Positions 1-8,673 of a DNA stretch of 32,000 nt are shown here, in pieces. Under the pieces are notes generated by a model. That model was not told the origin of the DNA and did no database searches. It saw nothing but the letters and a program-made list of their open reading frames with translations. This DNA comes from Candidatus Methylomirabilis oxygeniifera. Its GTDB lineage: Bacteria > Methylomirabilota > Methylomirabilia > Methylomirabilales > Methylomirabilaceae. The position numbers and the translations under genes were made by a program. Positions within the stretch are counted from its first letter, which is position 1. Every line of letters starts with the position of its first letter. The stretch is from the NCBI GenBank assembly GCA_000091165.1, contig FP565575.1, positions 1,020,001-1,052,000 of the forward strand. Direction: 5' to 3'.

Positions 1-200
1 TCAACAAGATGGATCGCTTGACGGGCGGGATTGGGCAATCTTTCATCGGCGGCAAGACGATAGTGCCGCGAGTGGCGATATCCGCCCTCACAGGGTATGG
101 CCTCGATCGGCTACTGCAGACGGTGCGTGAGTCGCTTGCCCCTACCGCTTCGCAGGCGAGAGGATACGACCGGTTACCCTATCCCGCCGCTCACGCCTAA
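1..200 (+). CDS. GTPase C-terminal fragment (HflX-like); gene begins upstream of the window
   Basis: Frame 3 is open from base 3. It reads NKMD (G4 NKxD motif, 3-14), then ISALTGYGLDRLL (G5 SA-type motif). Stop TAA at 198-200. Confidence 0.5.
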   Translation, partial: NKMDRLTGGIGQSFIGGKTIVPRVAISALTGYGLDRLLQTVRESLAPTASQARGYDRLPYPAAHA

Positions 201-237
201 GGTTGATCACCCCTTTCCGCCGGTCGGAGCCCTGTTG

Positions 238-768
238 ATGCTGAACCTTGCCAATAGCCTCACAATTCTCAGGATCTTTATGACCCCCGTCATCTCGATC
301 CTGTTAGTCTATCAGTTTTGGAGGCTTGGCCTGGCAACCTTTCTACTGGCAGGAGTCACCGACGCCCTTGACGGATTCATCGCGCGTTCGAGGGCCCAGC
401 GAACAGAGCTGGGGATGATCCTGGACCCGCTGGCCGACAAGCTGTTACTCTCTGCGACCTTCGTGACGCTGGTCTACCTGCGTCAGATTCCGCAGTGGCT
501 GTTCATCATCATCGTCAGCCGCGACCTGATATTGATCGGCGGTTTCTTGATTGTGTATCTGGTGACCGGTCAGACCACGGTGTCTGTCTCACGGATGGGG
601 AAGCTCACGACAGGCCTGCAGGTTCTGACCGTGCTGGCGACGCTCATCGCGCGCGTCAACGGCGGGATCGGCCCCTATGTGCCGTGGATCATCTATCTTG
701 CCGCAGCGGTAACGGTTGTTTCAGGGCTCGATTACGTTCGTCAAGGCGTACGGGCGCTGAGCCGGTAA
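238..768 (+). CDS. pgsA: CDP-alcohol phosphatidyltransferase (CDP-diacylglycerol--glycerol-3-phosphate 3-phosphatidyltransferase-like)
   Basis: Signature DALDGFIARSRAQRTELGMILDPLADKLL, i.e. D-x2-DG-x2-AR-x8-G-x3-D-x3-D, with multiple TM helices. ATG 238 is preceded by GGAG at 226-229. The track ORF start at 97 overlaps the upstream gene and is Arg/Pro-rich. Confidence 0.8.
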   Translation: MLNLANSLTILRIFMTPVISILLVYQFWRLGLATFLLAGVTDALDGFIARSRAQRTELGMILDPLADKLLLSATFVTLVYLRQIPQWLFIIIVSRDLILIGGFLIVYLVTGQTTVSVSRMGKLTTGLQVLTVLATLIARVNGGIGPYVPWIIYLAAAVTVVSGLDYVRQGVRALSR

Positions 769-831
769 AATGTACTGGTGTAGGCGTCGTGATAGTGGCC
801 CAGGATGTTACACAGGCGTAGGAGTTCCGCA

Positions 832-2784
832 ATGACTCACCCATCCCAGGTTGCCTGGAGACCGGACCGGCAGATCATTGCACAGGCCAACATCACCCGA
901 TTCATGGGGGAGTACGGCATCGCCTCATATGAAGAGCTGATCCGCAAGTCCACCACGGAGACCGAGTGGTTCTGGGATGCGCTACCGCGTGCCCTCGATA
1001 TTGAATGGTTTACCCCCTATACCCGGGTGATGGACACCGCGCCGGGGATTCCGTGGACAGAGTGGTACGTGGGCGGGACGCTCAACATTGCTCACAACTG
1101 CCTCGACCGCCACGCCTCAGGGCCCACGGCCGACAGGCTGGCCCTCATCGCCGAGACCGAGGACGGCGGGCTTACCCATTGGACTTATGGCGACTTAGCG
1201 CAGCGCGTCAATCGGATCGCCTCAGCCATGCGGGGCCTGGGAATCAAGCGGGGGGAGACGGTCGGGATCTATATGCCCATGATCGCCGACGTCGTGACCG
1301 TCCTGCTGGCGTGCCTGAAGATCGGAGCCGTTGCCATTCCCATCTTCTCCGGCTTCGCGCCGCGAGCCGTCGCGGAGAGGCTGCGGGACGGCGGCGCCCG
1401 CCTGCTGTTTACCGCCGACTACGCGTTCCGACGGGGAAGGCGCGTCGAGCTGAAAGCCGCTGCCGATGAGGCCGCTGCCCTGACGCCATCCGTCGAGCGT
1501 CTGGTTGTGTGGCGTCGCTCGGACGAGCCGATCCCGTGGAGAATCGAGCGGGATCTGACCTGGGAGGAGTTTCTGGCCTCGGGTGCGCCAAGTTGTGAGA
1601 CGGAGGCGATGGCATCGATGGAGCCGGCGATGCTTCTGTACACCTCTGGGACAACCGGACATCCGAAAGGGACGGTCCACTCTCACGCCGGCGCCCTCAT
1701 CCAGATTGCCAAGGAGATCAGGTATCACTTTGACCTCAAGACCGCCGACCGCTTCTTCTGGCTTACCGATATCGGCTGGATGATGGGACCCTGGATGATC
1801 ATCGGTTGTCTGTACCATGGCGGAACCGTGGTACTCTATGAGGGAGCACCGGAATACCCGACACCGGACCGCCTGTGGCAGCTCGTGGACCGTCATCAAA
1901 TTACGATTCTCGGCATTTCTCCTACCGTCATCCGTATGCTCATGCGGGAGGGTGTCGACTGGGTCAGGCGCGATGCACTCTCTTCGCTGCGCATTCTTGG
2001 CTCCACCGGTGAGCCGTGGGATCCTGACTCGTGGTGGTGGTACTTTGAACAGATCGGCCAACGTCGCTGTCCGGTCATCAACATCTCCGGCGGCACAGAC
2101 ATCATCGGGTGCTTCCTCGCGCCGCTCATTATCAAGGAACTGAAACCATGCTCCCTCCAGGGGCCTGGGCTCGGCATGGCGGTGGAGGTGTGGAACGAGG
2201 CGGGGCAACCCGTCCGGGAGGAGGTCGGCCGTCTGGTGGCCACTAGACCGGCTCCCTCCATGACGCGTGGGTTCTGGAAGGACGCCAATCGATACCTCGA
2301 CACCTACTGGTCCCACTGGCCTGATGTCTGGGACCATGGCGACTGGGCGTATATCGATGCGGATGGCCACTGGTTCCTCCATGGTCGGGCCGACGACACC
2401 ATCAAGGTGGCCGGACGGCGGATCGGTCCCGCCGAGATCGAAGGGGCGCTCATGGAGCATCCTGCAGTCTCCGAAGCCGCTGCCATAGGGGTCCCGGACC
2501 CTATCAAGGGGGAGGCCATCGTGTGCTTCGCGGTGCTTGGTCGGCAGTACGCCCCATCGAACGAGCTCAGCGAAGACCTCAAGCGGGTGGTGGTCTCGCT
2601 TCTTGGGAAGGTTGACCGTCCGGAGCAGGTTCTGTTCGTCCCGGACCTCCCGAAGACCCGGAGCGCCAAGATCATGCGCCGCCTTATTCGGGGCAAGTAT
2701 CTGGGGGCCGGCGACCTTGGCGATCTCTCCTCGTGCCAGAATCCTGAGGCGATTGGAGCGATCCCCAGTCGAGGCCAAGTCTAG
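832..2784 (+). CDS. AMP-forming acetyl/propionyl/acyl-CoA synthetase (Acs family)
   Basis: AMP-binding motif LLYTSGTTGHPKG. Acs-like N-terminus WYVGGTLNIAHNCLDRH, plus IYMPMI...LACLKIGAV and C-terminal PKTRSAKIMRR. ATG 832 has GGAG at 821-824. Confidence 0.85.
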   Translation: MTHPSQVAWRPDRQIIAQANITRFMGEYGIASYEELIRKSTTETEWFWDALPRALDIEWFTPYTRVMDTAPGIPWTEWYVGGTLNIAHNCLDRHASGPTADRLALIAETEDGGLTHWTYGDLAQRVNRIASAMRGLGIKRGETVGIYMPMIADVVTVLLACLKIGAVAIPIFSGFAPRAVAERLRDGGARLLFTADYAFRRGRRVELKAAADEAAALTPSVERLVVWRRSDEPIPWRIERDLTWEEFLASGAPSCETEAMASMEPAMLLYTSGTTGHPKGTVHSHAGALIQIAKEIRYHFDLKTADRFFWLTDIGWMMGPWMIIGCLYHGGTVVLYEGAPEYPTPDRLWQLVDRHQITILGISPTVIRMLMREGVDWVRRDALSSLRILGSTGEPWDPDSWWWYFEQIGQRRCPVINISGGTDIIGCFLAPLIIKELKPCSLQGPGLGMAVEVWNEAGQPVREEVGRLVATRPAPSMTRGFWKDANRYLDTYWSHWPDVWDHGDWAYIDADGHWFLHGRADDTIKVAGRRIGPAEIEGALMEHPAVSEAAAIGVPDPIKGEAIVCFAVLGRQYAPSNELSEDLKRVVVSLLGKVDRPEQVLFVPDLPKTRSAKIMRRLIRGKYLGAGDLGDLSSCQNPEAIGAIPSRGQV

Positions 2785-2809
2785 TCGTCTTTCAGCGGAG
2801 TTATAGCCG

Positions 2810-4129
2810 ATGTCTCTTCCTATCGTCACAATTGTGGGTCGACCCAATGTTGGGAAATCAACCTTATTCAACCGACTGGTCGGCGGGCGACGGGCGATTG
2901 TGCATGATCAGCCCGGCGTCACCAGGGACCGGCTCTACGCCACAGTCGAATGGAAGGGCCGTGCGTTCACTCTCGGTGATACCGGGGGGCTGGAGCCGGG
3001 TGTTGGAACCGGTCTCGCAGCCCAGGTGCTCGCCCAGGTCCGGCAGGCGGTCCAGGAGTCCGTCCTCGTCATCTTCGTGGTTGATGCCCGAGAGGGACTG
3101 ACGCCATTGGATGAGGAGATCGCCCGGCTACTTCGTCACGACGTCCAGACGCGCATCGTTGTGGCGCCGAATAAGGTCGATCGGCCGACGCACGAGGTGC
3201 TGGCATCCGAATTCTTTCGGATAGGATTTGCTGAGGTCTGTCCGGTTTCTGCCGAGCATGGCCTGGGTGTGGCGGAGCTGTGTGACGTCATTGCCGAGGC
3301 GCTGCCGGTGACAGAGAGTGCGTCCGAATCGAAGGCCATCCGTGTGACGGTCGTCGGTCGCCCGAATGTAGGCAAATCATCGCTGGTGAATGCGCTGCTG
3401 GGTCAGGAGCGTGTGATCGTGAGCGAGCAGGCGGGCACAACGCGGGATGCGATCGATACCCCGTTCACCTATAACGACACCGCGTATATCCTGATCGACA
3501 CCGCAGGGCTCCGCTCCCGCAGTAAGGTCCAACAGCCATTGGAACGGTTCAGTGTGGTGCGGGCGCTCAAGGCTATTGAACGGAGCGATGTGGCCCTGAT
3601 CCTGGTTGACGCCAAAGACGGGATTACCGACCAGGATGCCAAGATTGCCGCGTACGTTCAGGATGTCGGAAGCGGCGCCATCGTGGTGGCGAATAAGTGG
3701 GACCTGATGCCGTCTGGAGCCGACGCCCGGCAACAGTTCACGCTGGAGATCCGCGATCGACTGCGGCACGTGGATTACGCGCCCATCGCATTCGTCTCGG
3801 CCCTGACCGGCTCTGACGTGCCGACATTGTTTCCGCTTGTGCAGAGCGTCGCGCAAGCGCGCGCTCACCGGGTCTCGACTCCCCATCTCAACGAGCTTAT
3901 CGGTGAGGCGGTCCAGAAGTATCCTCCGCCCGCTCACGGCAAGCGCCCCGTTCGATTTCATTACGCCACACAGGCCGCCAGTCTTCCGCCCACCTTTCTG
4001 TTATTCGTCAGCGACCCACGCGCGGTCCGAGTTCCCTACCGCCGCTATCTGGTCAACCAACTCAGAGCCGCCTACGGCTTCGTCGGCACCCCGATCCGCT
4101 TGGTCTTGAAAGGCAAGCGCGGCTCATAG
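2810..4129 (+). CDS. der: Ribosome-associated GTPase Der/EngA (tandem GTPase domains plus KH-like C-terminus)
   Basis: Two P-loops, GRPNVGKSTLFN and GRPNVGKSSLVN. Two NKxD motifs, NKVD and NKWD. 439 aa, a typical Der length. Confidence 0.92.
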   Translation: MSLPIVTIVGRPNVGKSTLFNRLVGGRRAIVHDQPGVTRDRLYATVEWKGRAFTLGDTGGLEPGVGTGLAAQVLAQVRQAVQESVLVIFVVDAREGLTPLDEEIARLLRHDVQTRIVVAPNKVDRPTHEVLASEFFRIGFAEVCPVSAEHGLGVAELCDVIAEALPVTESASESKAIRVTVVGRPNVGKSSLVNALLGQERVIVSEQAGTTRDAIDTPFTYNDTAYILIDTAGLRSRSKVQQPLERFSVVRALKAIERSDVALILVDAKDGITDQDAKIAAYVQDVGSGAIVVANKWDLMPSGADARQQFTLEIRDRLRHVDYAPIAFVSALTGSDVPTLFPLVQSVAQARAHRVSTPHLNELIGEAVQKYPPPAHGKRPVRFHYATQAASLPPTFLLFVSDPRAVRVPYRRYLVNQLRAAYGFVGTPIRLVLKGKRGS

Positions 4130-4195
4130 ATAGCGTGGCTTTCTGCTTGACTTGAAGACAAGGGAAAGATTACGTGTGGCTAACTCGAAGGTGTG

Positions 4196-4380
4196 TTAGC
4201 GCAGCGTAACCCGACGAAGCACATGAGCTACCGACGCAGATTCATTTCAACCCCTCAAATACGGGTTCGTATCATCGACCATAGCGTGGCCGTATTCCAC
4301 CTTTCGCCGGTCTGTTGAGGCGGTGGTGCATGAGTGATGGAGTCGGATTGTCGGGTTATGCGGTGCTAACCCGACCTACG
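4196..4380. repeat. REP-like elements carrying TAACCCGAC; the second copy is a perfect 9-bp hairpin
   Basis: GCGTAACCCGACG at about 4204-4216. GTCGGGTTA (4350-4358), loop tgcggtgc, TAACCCGAC (4367-4375). Also a direct 9-10-mer TAGCGTGGC at 4131-4139 and 4283-4291. Located in the convergent der/ychF spacer. Confidence 0.6.
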
Positions 4381-4470
4381 ACGCTGCGATGCTGTTGGGC
4401 GCGAAATAGCGGTGCATGGCAATACGTCGTGAAGGATGTGGTTACGGCAGCAGTATAGGTTTACGTCCAA

Positions 4471-5550
4471 TCAGACGTTGAATCGGATCGTCATGATATC
4501 GCCATCGACCACGCGGTAGTCTTTCCCTTCGAGCCGGAACGACCCCTCGTGCCGTGTGGCCGCCAGCGAGCCGCAGCGGATGAGCGCCTCATAGGCGACG
4601 ACCTCGGCTCGGATGAAACCCTGCGCGAGATCGCTATGGATTGCGCCCGCCGCCTGAAGCGCTGTGGCGCCCAGGGGAATCGTCCAGGCCCGGACCTCAT
4701 CGCTTCCTACCGTAAAGAAGGTCATCACGCCTAACAGGTCATAGCAGGCTTGCCGCAGTCGCGGCGCCGCGGACGCCTCCAGCCCGAGTTCGGTACGGAA
4801 GGTGCCGGCTTCATCCGGAGGCAGGTCCGCCAACTCCAGTTCCAGTTTGGCCGGGACGGCTATCGAGGCGGGCTGGGAGGTACCCAGTGCCGGTATGGCC
4901 TCAAGGATTCCAAGGTCGCCGCCGCCCTCTTCATCGGTATTGACCACTACAAGGCTTGGCTTGGCCGTCAGGAACTGAAAGCCGCGAAGCAGGCGCTCCT
5001 CTTCAGCCGTTAACGACATCCCCCGCAATGGCTGTTCTTCTTGTAGTGCCGTATAACAACGCTTCAGGAGGGCCAATTCCTGCTGACTCTCGCCTTTTTT
5101 TCCCTTTCGAAAGGCCTCTTCGATCCTGGCGATCCGTTTCTCCACCACATCCAGATCGGCCAGGACCAACTCGGCCCACAGCGTCGCCGCATCCTTAGCC
5201 GGATCGACCCGCCCCTCGATGTGGGGGACCCGTTCATCCTTGAAGGCCCGAACGACCATGAGGAGGGCGGTACTCTGCCGCATCTGCGGGAGGAGCTGTG
5301 TGCCGGCGCTCGTGGGCTTACCCGATTCTTTCACCAGCGGGGCGAAGTCAACAAGCTCCACGCTGGCTGGCGTCACCTTTTTTGGCGTGAACATGAGTGC
5401 CAGGCGCTCGAGACGGGGATCGGGGACCTTGACGACAGCGATTGAGGCCTCCCCCAACTGGCCCGCCTGGTGGCTTGGCTGGCCGTGGGTCAGTAGCCCG
5501 TACACGGTGCTCTTGCCGGAGGCCGGCAGTCCAATAATACCGATGCGCAT
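4471..5550 (-). CDS. ychF: Ribosome-binding ATPase YchF (Obg-like, TGS C-terminal domain)
   Basis: N-terminus MRIGIIGLPASGKSTVYGLLT (P-loop). C-terminal TGS-like GKDYRVVDGDIMTIRFNV. ATG 5550 has GGGAGAG 7 nt upstream. The alternative ATG 5583 has no spaced SD. Confidence 0.85.
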   Translation of the reverse strand: MRIGIIGLPASGKSTVYGLLTHGQPSHQAGQLGEASIAVVKVPDPRLERLALMFTPKKVTPASVELVDFAPLVKESGKPTSAGTQLLPQMRQSTALLMVVRAFKDERVPHIEGRVDPAKDAATLWAELVLADLDVVEKRIARIEEAFRKGKKGESQQELALLKRCYTALQEEQPLRGMSLTAEEERLLRGFQFLTAKPSLVVVNTDEEGGGDLGILEAIPALGTSQPASIAVPAKLELELADLPPDEAGTFRTELGLEASAAPRLRQACYDLLGVMTFFTVGSDEVRAWTIPLGATALQAAGAIHSDLAQGFIRAEVVAYEALIRCGSLAATRHEGSFRLEGKDYRVVDGDIMTIRFNV

Positions 5551-5584
5551 CTGGTTGCTCTCCCGAATCTGCTGAGGGTTCATT

Positions 5585-5738
5585 CCCCGCGGCTTACCGC
5601 GGGTTCGTCATACCGGCGGACCCCGGATCGGAGTCCGGGGCAGGCACCGGTATCCGGAGGACCCGACTGGATTCCGTGTCAAGCACGGAATGACGGGCCA
5701 GAGCAGAAGACGATACCTCGCAGCTTACCGCGGGGTAG
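5585..5738. repeat. Cluster of REP-like hairpins in the divergent ychF / exonuclease spacer
   Basis: CCCGCGG-ctta-CCGCGGG (5586-5603). CCCCGGA-tcggag-TCCGGGG (5621-5640). ATTCCGTG-tcaag-CACGGAAT followed by GACGG (5671-5696). A second CTTACCGCGGGG copy at 5724-5735. Confidence 0.6.
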
Positions 5739-5899
5739 TTTATTATAGTGTGCCTTGTAACCTGTCTCCGTGAAAACAGGGAGCCGTTCGTGCTGGTGTG
5801 TCACAATAGCACAGGCCCAGGAGCGCGCGCCACCGAAACCGGTCGGCCTCCATGGTTTTGAATTGAAATTTTTACGACCTGTGGTAAGCTCAAGTACCA

Positions 5900-6388
5900 A
5901 TGAAGGCCTACCTGGATATCGAAACCTCATTCGACGGTGCCATCACGGTCGTGGGTCTGTATGCTCCAGACCGTGGCCTGATCCAGTTGATCGGTACACA
6001 GATCAGCGATGTCACAGTCTGGCAGGCGCTGGACGGCGTGGAGACGATCTGTACGTATAACGGCAGCCGCTTCGATCTCCCGGTGATCCGTCGCCGACTG
6101 GGTCTCGACCTGTGCGCGACGATCGAATCCCACGATCTGATGTATACGTGCTGGCGGTATGGCCTGTTCGGCGGGCTGAAACGGGTGGAGGCGCAGCTCA
6201 GTATTCCCCGGCGTTCCAAGGGAATTGATGGTATGGAGGCGATGCGGCTGTGGTCCAGATACGAGGATGGCGGTGACGAGGAGGCGTTGCAGATGCTCCT
6301 CACCTACAACAGGGAGGATGTCATGAACCTCCCGGTTCTCGAAGCGCGGCTCATGGAGTTCGAAGGCACCTATGCGCGTCGCGATTAA
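5900..6388 (+). CDS. Predicted 3'-5' exonuclease, RNase H-like fold (YprB-type domain)
   Basis: YLDIETS (DxE), TYNGSRFDLPV, HDLM and YNREDVMNL (DEDD-like acidic residues in the order seen in YprB/RNase_H_2-type proteins). 162 aa. The 3' end overlaps the mtaB start by 17 nt. Confidence 0.65.
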   Translation: MKAYLDIETSFDGAITVVGLYAPDRGLIQLIGTQISDVTVWQALDGVETICTYNGSRFDLPVIRRRLGLDLCATIESHDLMYTCWRYGLFGGLKRVEAQLSIPRRSKGIDGMEAMRLWSRYEDGGDEEALQMLLTYNREDVMNLPVLEARLMEFEGTYARRD

Positions 6389-7715
6389 GACCTTGGGGTG
6401 TCGGCAAAATCAATGCGAGAGCGATGCCATCCAGGAGTCACTGCGGCGGGATGGGCATACAGCGGTTGGCCCGGACGACGCAGCCGACCTATTCATCATT
6501 AATACCTGTTCCGTTACACAGGAGGCCGACGCCGACTCGCGACAGATGATCCGGCGGGCGGTTCGCCGGAACCCGTCTGCCCGAGTGGTCGTCACCGGCT
6601 GTTATGCCCAGATTGCTGCCGGAGAGATTGCGGCGATCCCCGGTGTGGCCTTGGTGGCAGGTAATGGCGAGAAGGCCCAACTCTCCGAGATGATCTCCGG
6701 CCTGCGCGAGCAGAGTTCGCCGCTTATCGCCGTATCAGATATCCAGCAGTCGACTCGCTTCGCTCCGCTGCCGCCGCCGATCGGCGCGACTCGCAGCCGG
6801 GCGCTCCTCAAGGTCCAGGATGGGTGCAGCTATCGCTGTACCTTCTGTATCGTTCCGGAGACCCGCGGGCCGAATCGAAGCCAGTCGACCGATGCGGTGC
6901 TGCGCGATCTGCGGGTCCTTGTGGACGCCGGGTATCCGGAGGTGGTCCTGACCGGGACGCACCTGGGGACGTATGGGCGCGATCTGTCGACCGGCAGTTC
7001 AATCGCCGGATTGGTGGCGGACATGCTGGAGACGGCGGCGCCCGCGCGGTTGCGCCTGAGTTCACTCGATCCGCACGAGGTCGGCGAGGAATTGATCGGC
7101 TGCTTCGGCCGCTTTGAAAACCTTTGCCGTCATCTGCACCTGCCGGTGCAGAGCGGCGATGAGACGGTCCTCAAGCGCATGCGGCGACCGCACACGGCCG
7201 ACGATTTTCGGCGGCTGGTGGAACGGCTTGCGGAGACGGTACCCGGGATCGCCATCGGGACGGATGTCATTGTCGGGTTTCCAGGTGAAGGGGACGCAGA
7301 ATTTGAGCAGACCTATCGACTGCTTGACCGTCTGCCGATTGCGTATCTGCACGTATTCAATTACTCGCAGCGGAGGGGAACGGTTGCAGCCGTTATGCCG
7401 AATCACGTCCCAAAGGATGTGAGGGCAGCCAGGAGCGCTGCGCTCCGAGCACTGAGCGACGCGAAGTGGCGCGCATTTCGACAGACGCAGGTGGGACAGT
7501 CGTTTGCGGCCGTCGTCCTGGAGGGACGCGATGCGCCGACCGGGCGGCTCGACGCGCTGACCGACAACTATATTACGGTACAAGTCGAGCGTACTGAGGA
7601 GAGCGTCGGCCGCATGGTCGCTCTGAGTATCGAGACGGTGACCGAACGGGAGACCATTGGTCGCCTGCAGAGGCGTTGCGCCAACGACTTCATACCCACG
7701 CCGGAGGACAAATGA
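6372..7715 (+). CDS. mtaB: Radical SAM methylthiotransferase, MiaB-like (MtaB family, tRNA ms2t6A)
   Basis: N-terminal UPF0004-type MRVAIKTLGCRQNQCES. Radical SAM cluster CSYRCTFCIVP. TRAM-like C-terminus. 447 aa. Confidence 0.78.
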   Translation: MRVAIKTLGCRQNQCESDAIQESLRRDGHTAVGPDDAADLFIINTCSVTQEADADSRQMIRRAVRRNPSARVVVTGCYAQIAAGEIAAIPGVALVAGNGEKAQLSEMISGLREQSSPLIAVSDIQQSTRFAPLPPPIGATRSRALLKVQDGCSYRCTFCIVPETRGPNRSQSTDAVLRDLRVLVDAGYPEVVLTGTHLGTYGRDLSTGSSIAGLVADMLETAAPARLRLSSLDPHEVGEELIGCFGRFENLCRHLHLPVQSGDETVLKRMRRPHTADDFRRLVERLAETVPGIAIGTDVIVGFPGEGDAEFEQTYRLLDRLPIAYLHVFNYSQRRGTVAAVMPNHVPKDVRAARSAALRALSDAKWRAFRQTQVGQSFAAVVLEGRDAPTGRLDALTDNYITVQVERTEESVGRMVALSIETVTERETIGRLQRRCANDFIPTPEDK

Positions 7716-8578
7716 GCCAGGGCCTGATCGGTATTATCGGCGGAAGCGGGTTGTATGAAATGGAAGGACTCGAGCGGGTCGAGGAGCGGCGCGTCGAGAC
7801 CCCCTTCGGGGCGCCGTCAGATGCCTATATCGTCGGGTCCCTGGCAGGGCGACGAGTGGCGTTTCTCGCGCGGCACGGACGCGGCCATCGCCTGATGCCG
7901 TCCGAGTTGAATTTCAGGGCGAACATCTTCGGGTTCAAGCTCCTGGGCGCGGAGCGGGTAATCTCCGCCTCGGCGGTGGGCAGTATGCGCGAGGATCTCC
8001 CGCCTCTGGATATTGTCATTCCGGATCAGTTCTTTGATCGAACGAAGGGGCGGGTCAGCACCTTCTTCGGGCGTGGCCTCGTCGCGCATGTGAGCTTCGC
8101 CGATCCGACCTGTCCGGTCCTGGGAGAGTTACTGTTCGCCGCCGGGCAGTCGGTGGGGGCCCGAATGCATCTCGGTGGCACGTACCTGTGCATCGAGGGA
8201 CCGCAGTTCTCGACCAGGGCCGAGTCGCGGATCTATCGAAGCTGGGGAGTGGATGTCATCGGGATGACCAATCTGCAAGAGGCGAAGCTCTGCCGCGAGG
8301 CCGAGATCTGCTATGCGACGCTGGCCCTGGTGACCGATTATGATGTCTGGCACGAGACAGAGCAGGATGTGTCGGTGGAGGCGGTGGTGGCGATTTTGAA
8401 GCAAAACGCCGAAACCGCCAAGGCCATCATCAAGGCCACGGTGGCGTCGTTTCCGGCCGACAGGGAAGGCTGCTCGTGTGGGAGCGCGATGCACGATGCG
8501 ATTATCACCGCTCGCGATATAATCACCGCCGACATTCCGGAGCTGCTGCGACCGATTATTGGGAAGTATGTTCAGTAA
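7712..8578 (+). CDS. mtnP: S-methyl-5'-thioadenosine phosphorylase (PNP/MTAP family)
   Basis: MSQGLIGIIGGSGLY, FLARHGRGH, IGMTNLQEAKLCREAEICYATLALVTDYD. ATG 7712 overlaps the mtaB stop (ATGA, 7712-7715). GGAGG at 7703-7707. Confidence 0.88.
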   Translation: MSQGLIGIIGGSGLYEMEGLERVEERRVETPFGAPSDAYIVGSLAGRRVAFLARHGRGHRLMPSELNFRANIFGFKLLGAERVISASAVGSMREDLPPLDIVIPDQFFDRTKGRVSTFFGRGLVAHVSFADPTCPVLGELLFAAGQSVGARMHLGGTYLCIEGPQFSTRAESRIYRSWGVDVIGMTNLQEAKLCREAEICYATLALVTDYDVWHETEQDVSVEAVVAILKQNAETAKAIIKATVASFPADREGCSCGSAMHDAIITARDIITADIPELLRPIIGKYVQ

Positions 8579-8584
8579 AATGAT

Positions 8585-8663
8585 GTTCAACGTTCAATGT
8601 TCAATGTTTTTCGTCGCTAAGCCCTTAACTTTGAACCTTGAACTTTGTTTACCTTGAACCTTG
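8585..8663 (+). repeat. Heptamer-tandem imperfect palindrome (GTTCAAY)x3 ... (YTTGAAC)x3-4 filling the mtnP-pfkB spacer
   Basis: GTTCAA at 8585, 8592 and 8599 (period 7). TTGAAC at 8631, 8638 and 8654, with a degenerate TTGTTT at 8645. Arms are complementary except for the 7th base. Confidence 0.8.
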
Positions 8664-8673
8664 CGGAGCAGAC

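Noticed and set aside
97-237. Upstream extension of pgsA to ATG 97
   Set aside because: The extension overlaps the preceding GTPase gene by about 100 nt and is Arg/Pro-rich. The conserved protein begins at the first TM segment after ATG 238, which has an SD.
1222-2871. 549-aa ORF antisense to the acyl-CoA synthetase gene
   Set aside because: It lies entirely opposite a gene with unambiguous family motifs. The product is Arg/Pro/Gly/His-rich and low-complexity with no motif. Long antisense ORFs are expected by chance at this GC content.
4255-4290. tRNA-like GGGTTCGTATC segment
   Set aside because: The T-loop-like word is not flanked by a complementary 5-bp T-stem or an acceptor stem, and no anticodon or D arms can be drawn.
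5679-6060. 83-aa minus-strand and 96-aa plus-strand ORFs in the ychF/exonuclease spacer
   Set aside because: They translate the REP hairpins (…LPRGKLRGIV…) and overlap the better-supported exonuclease gene.
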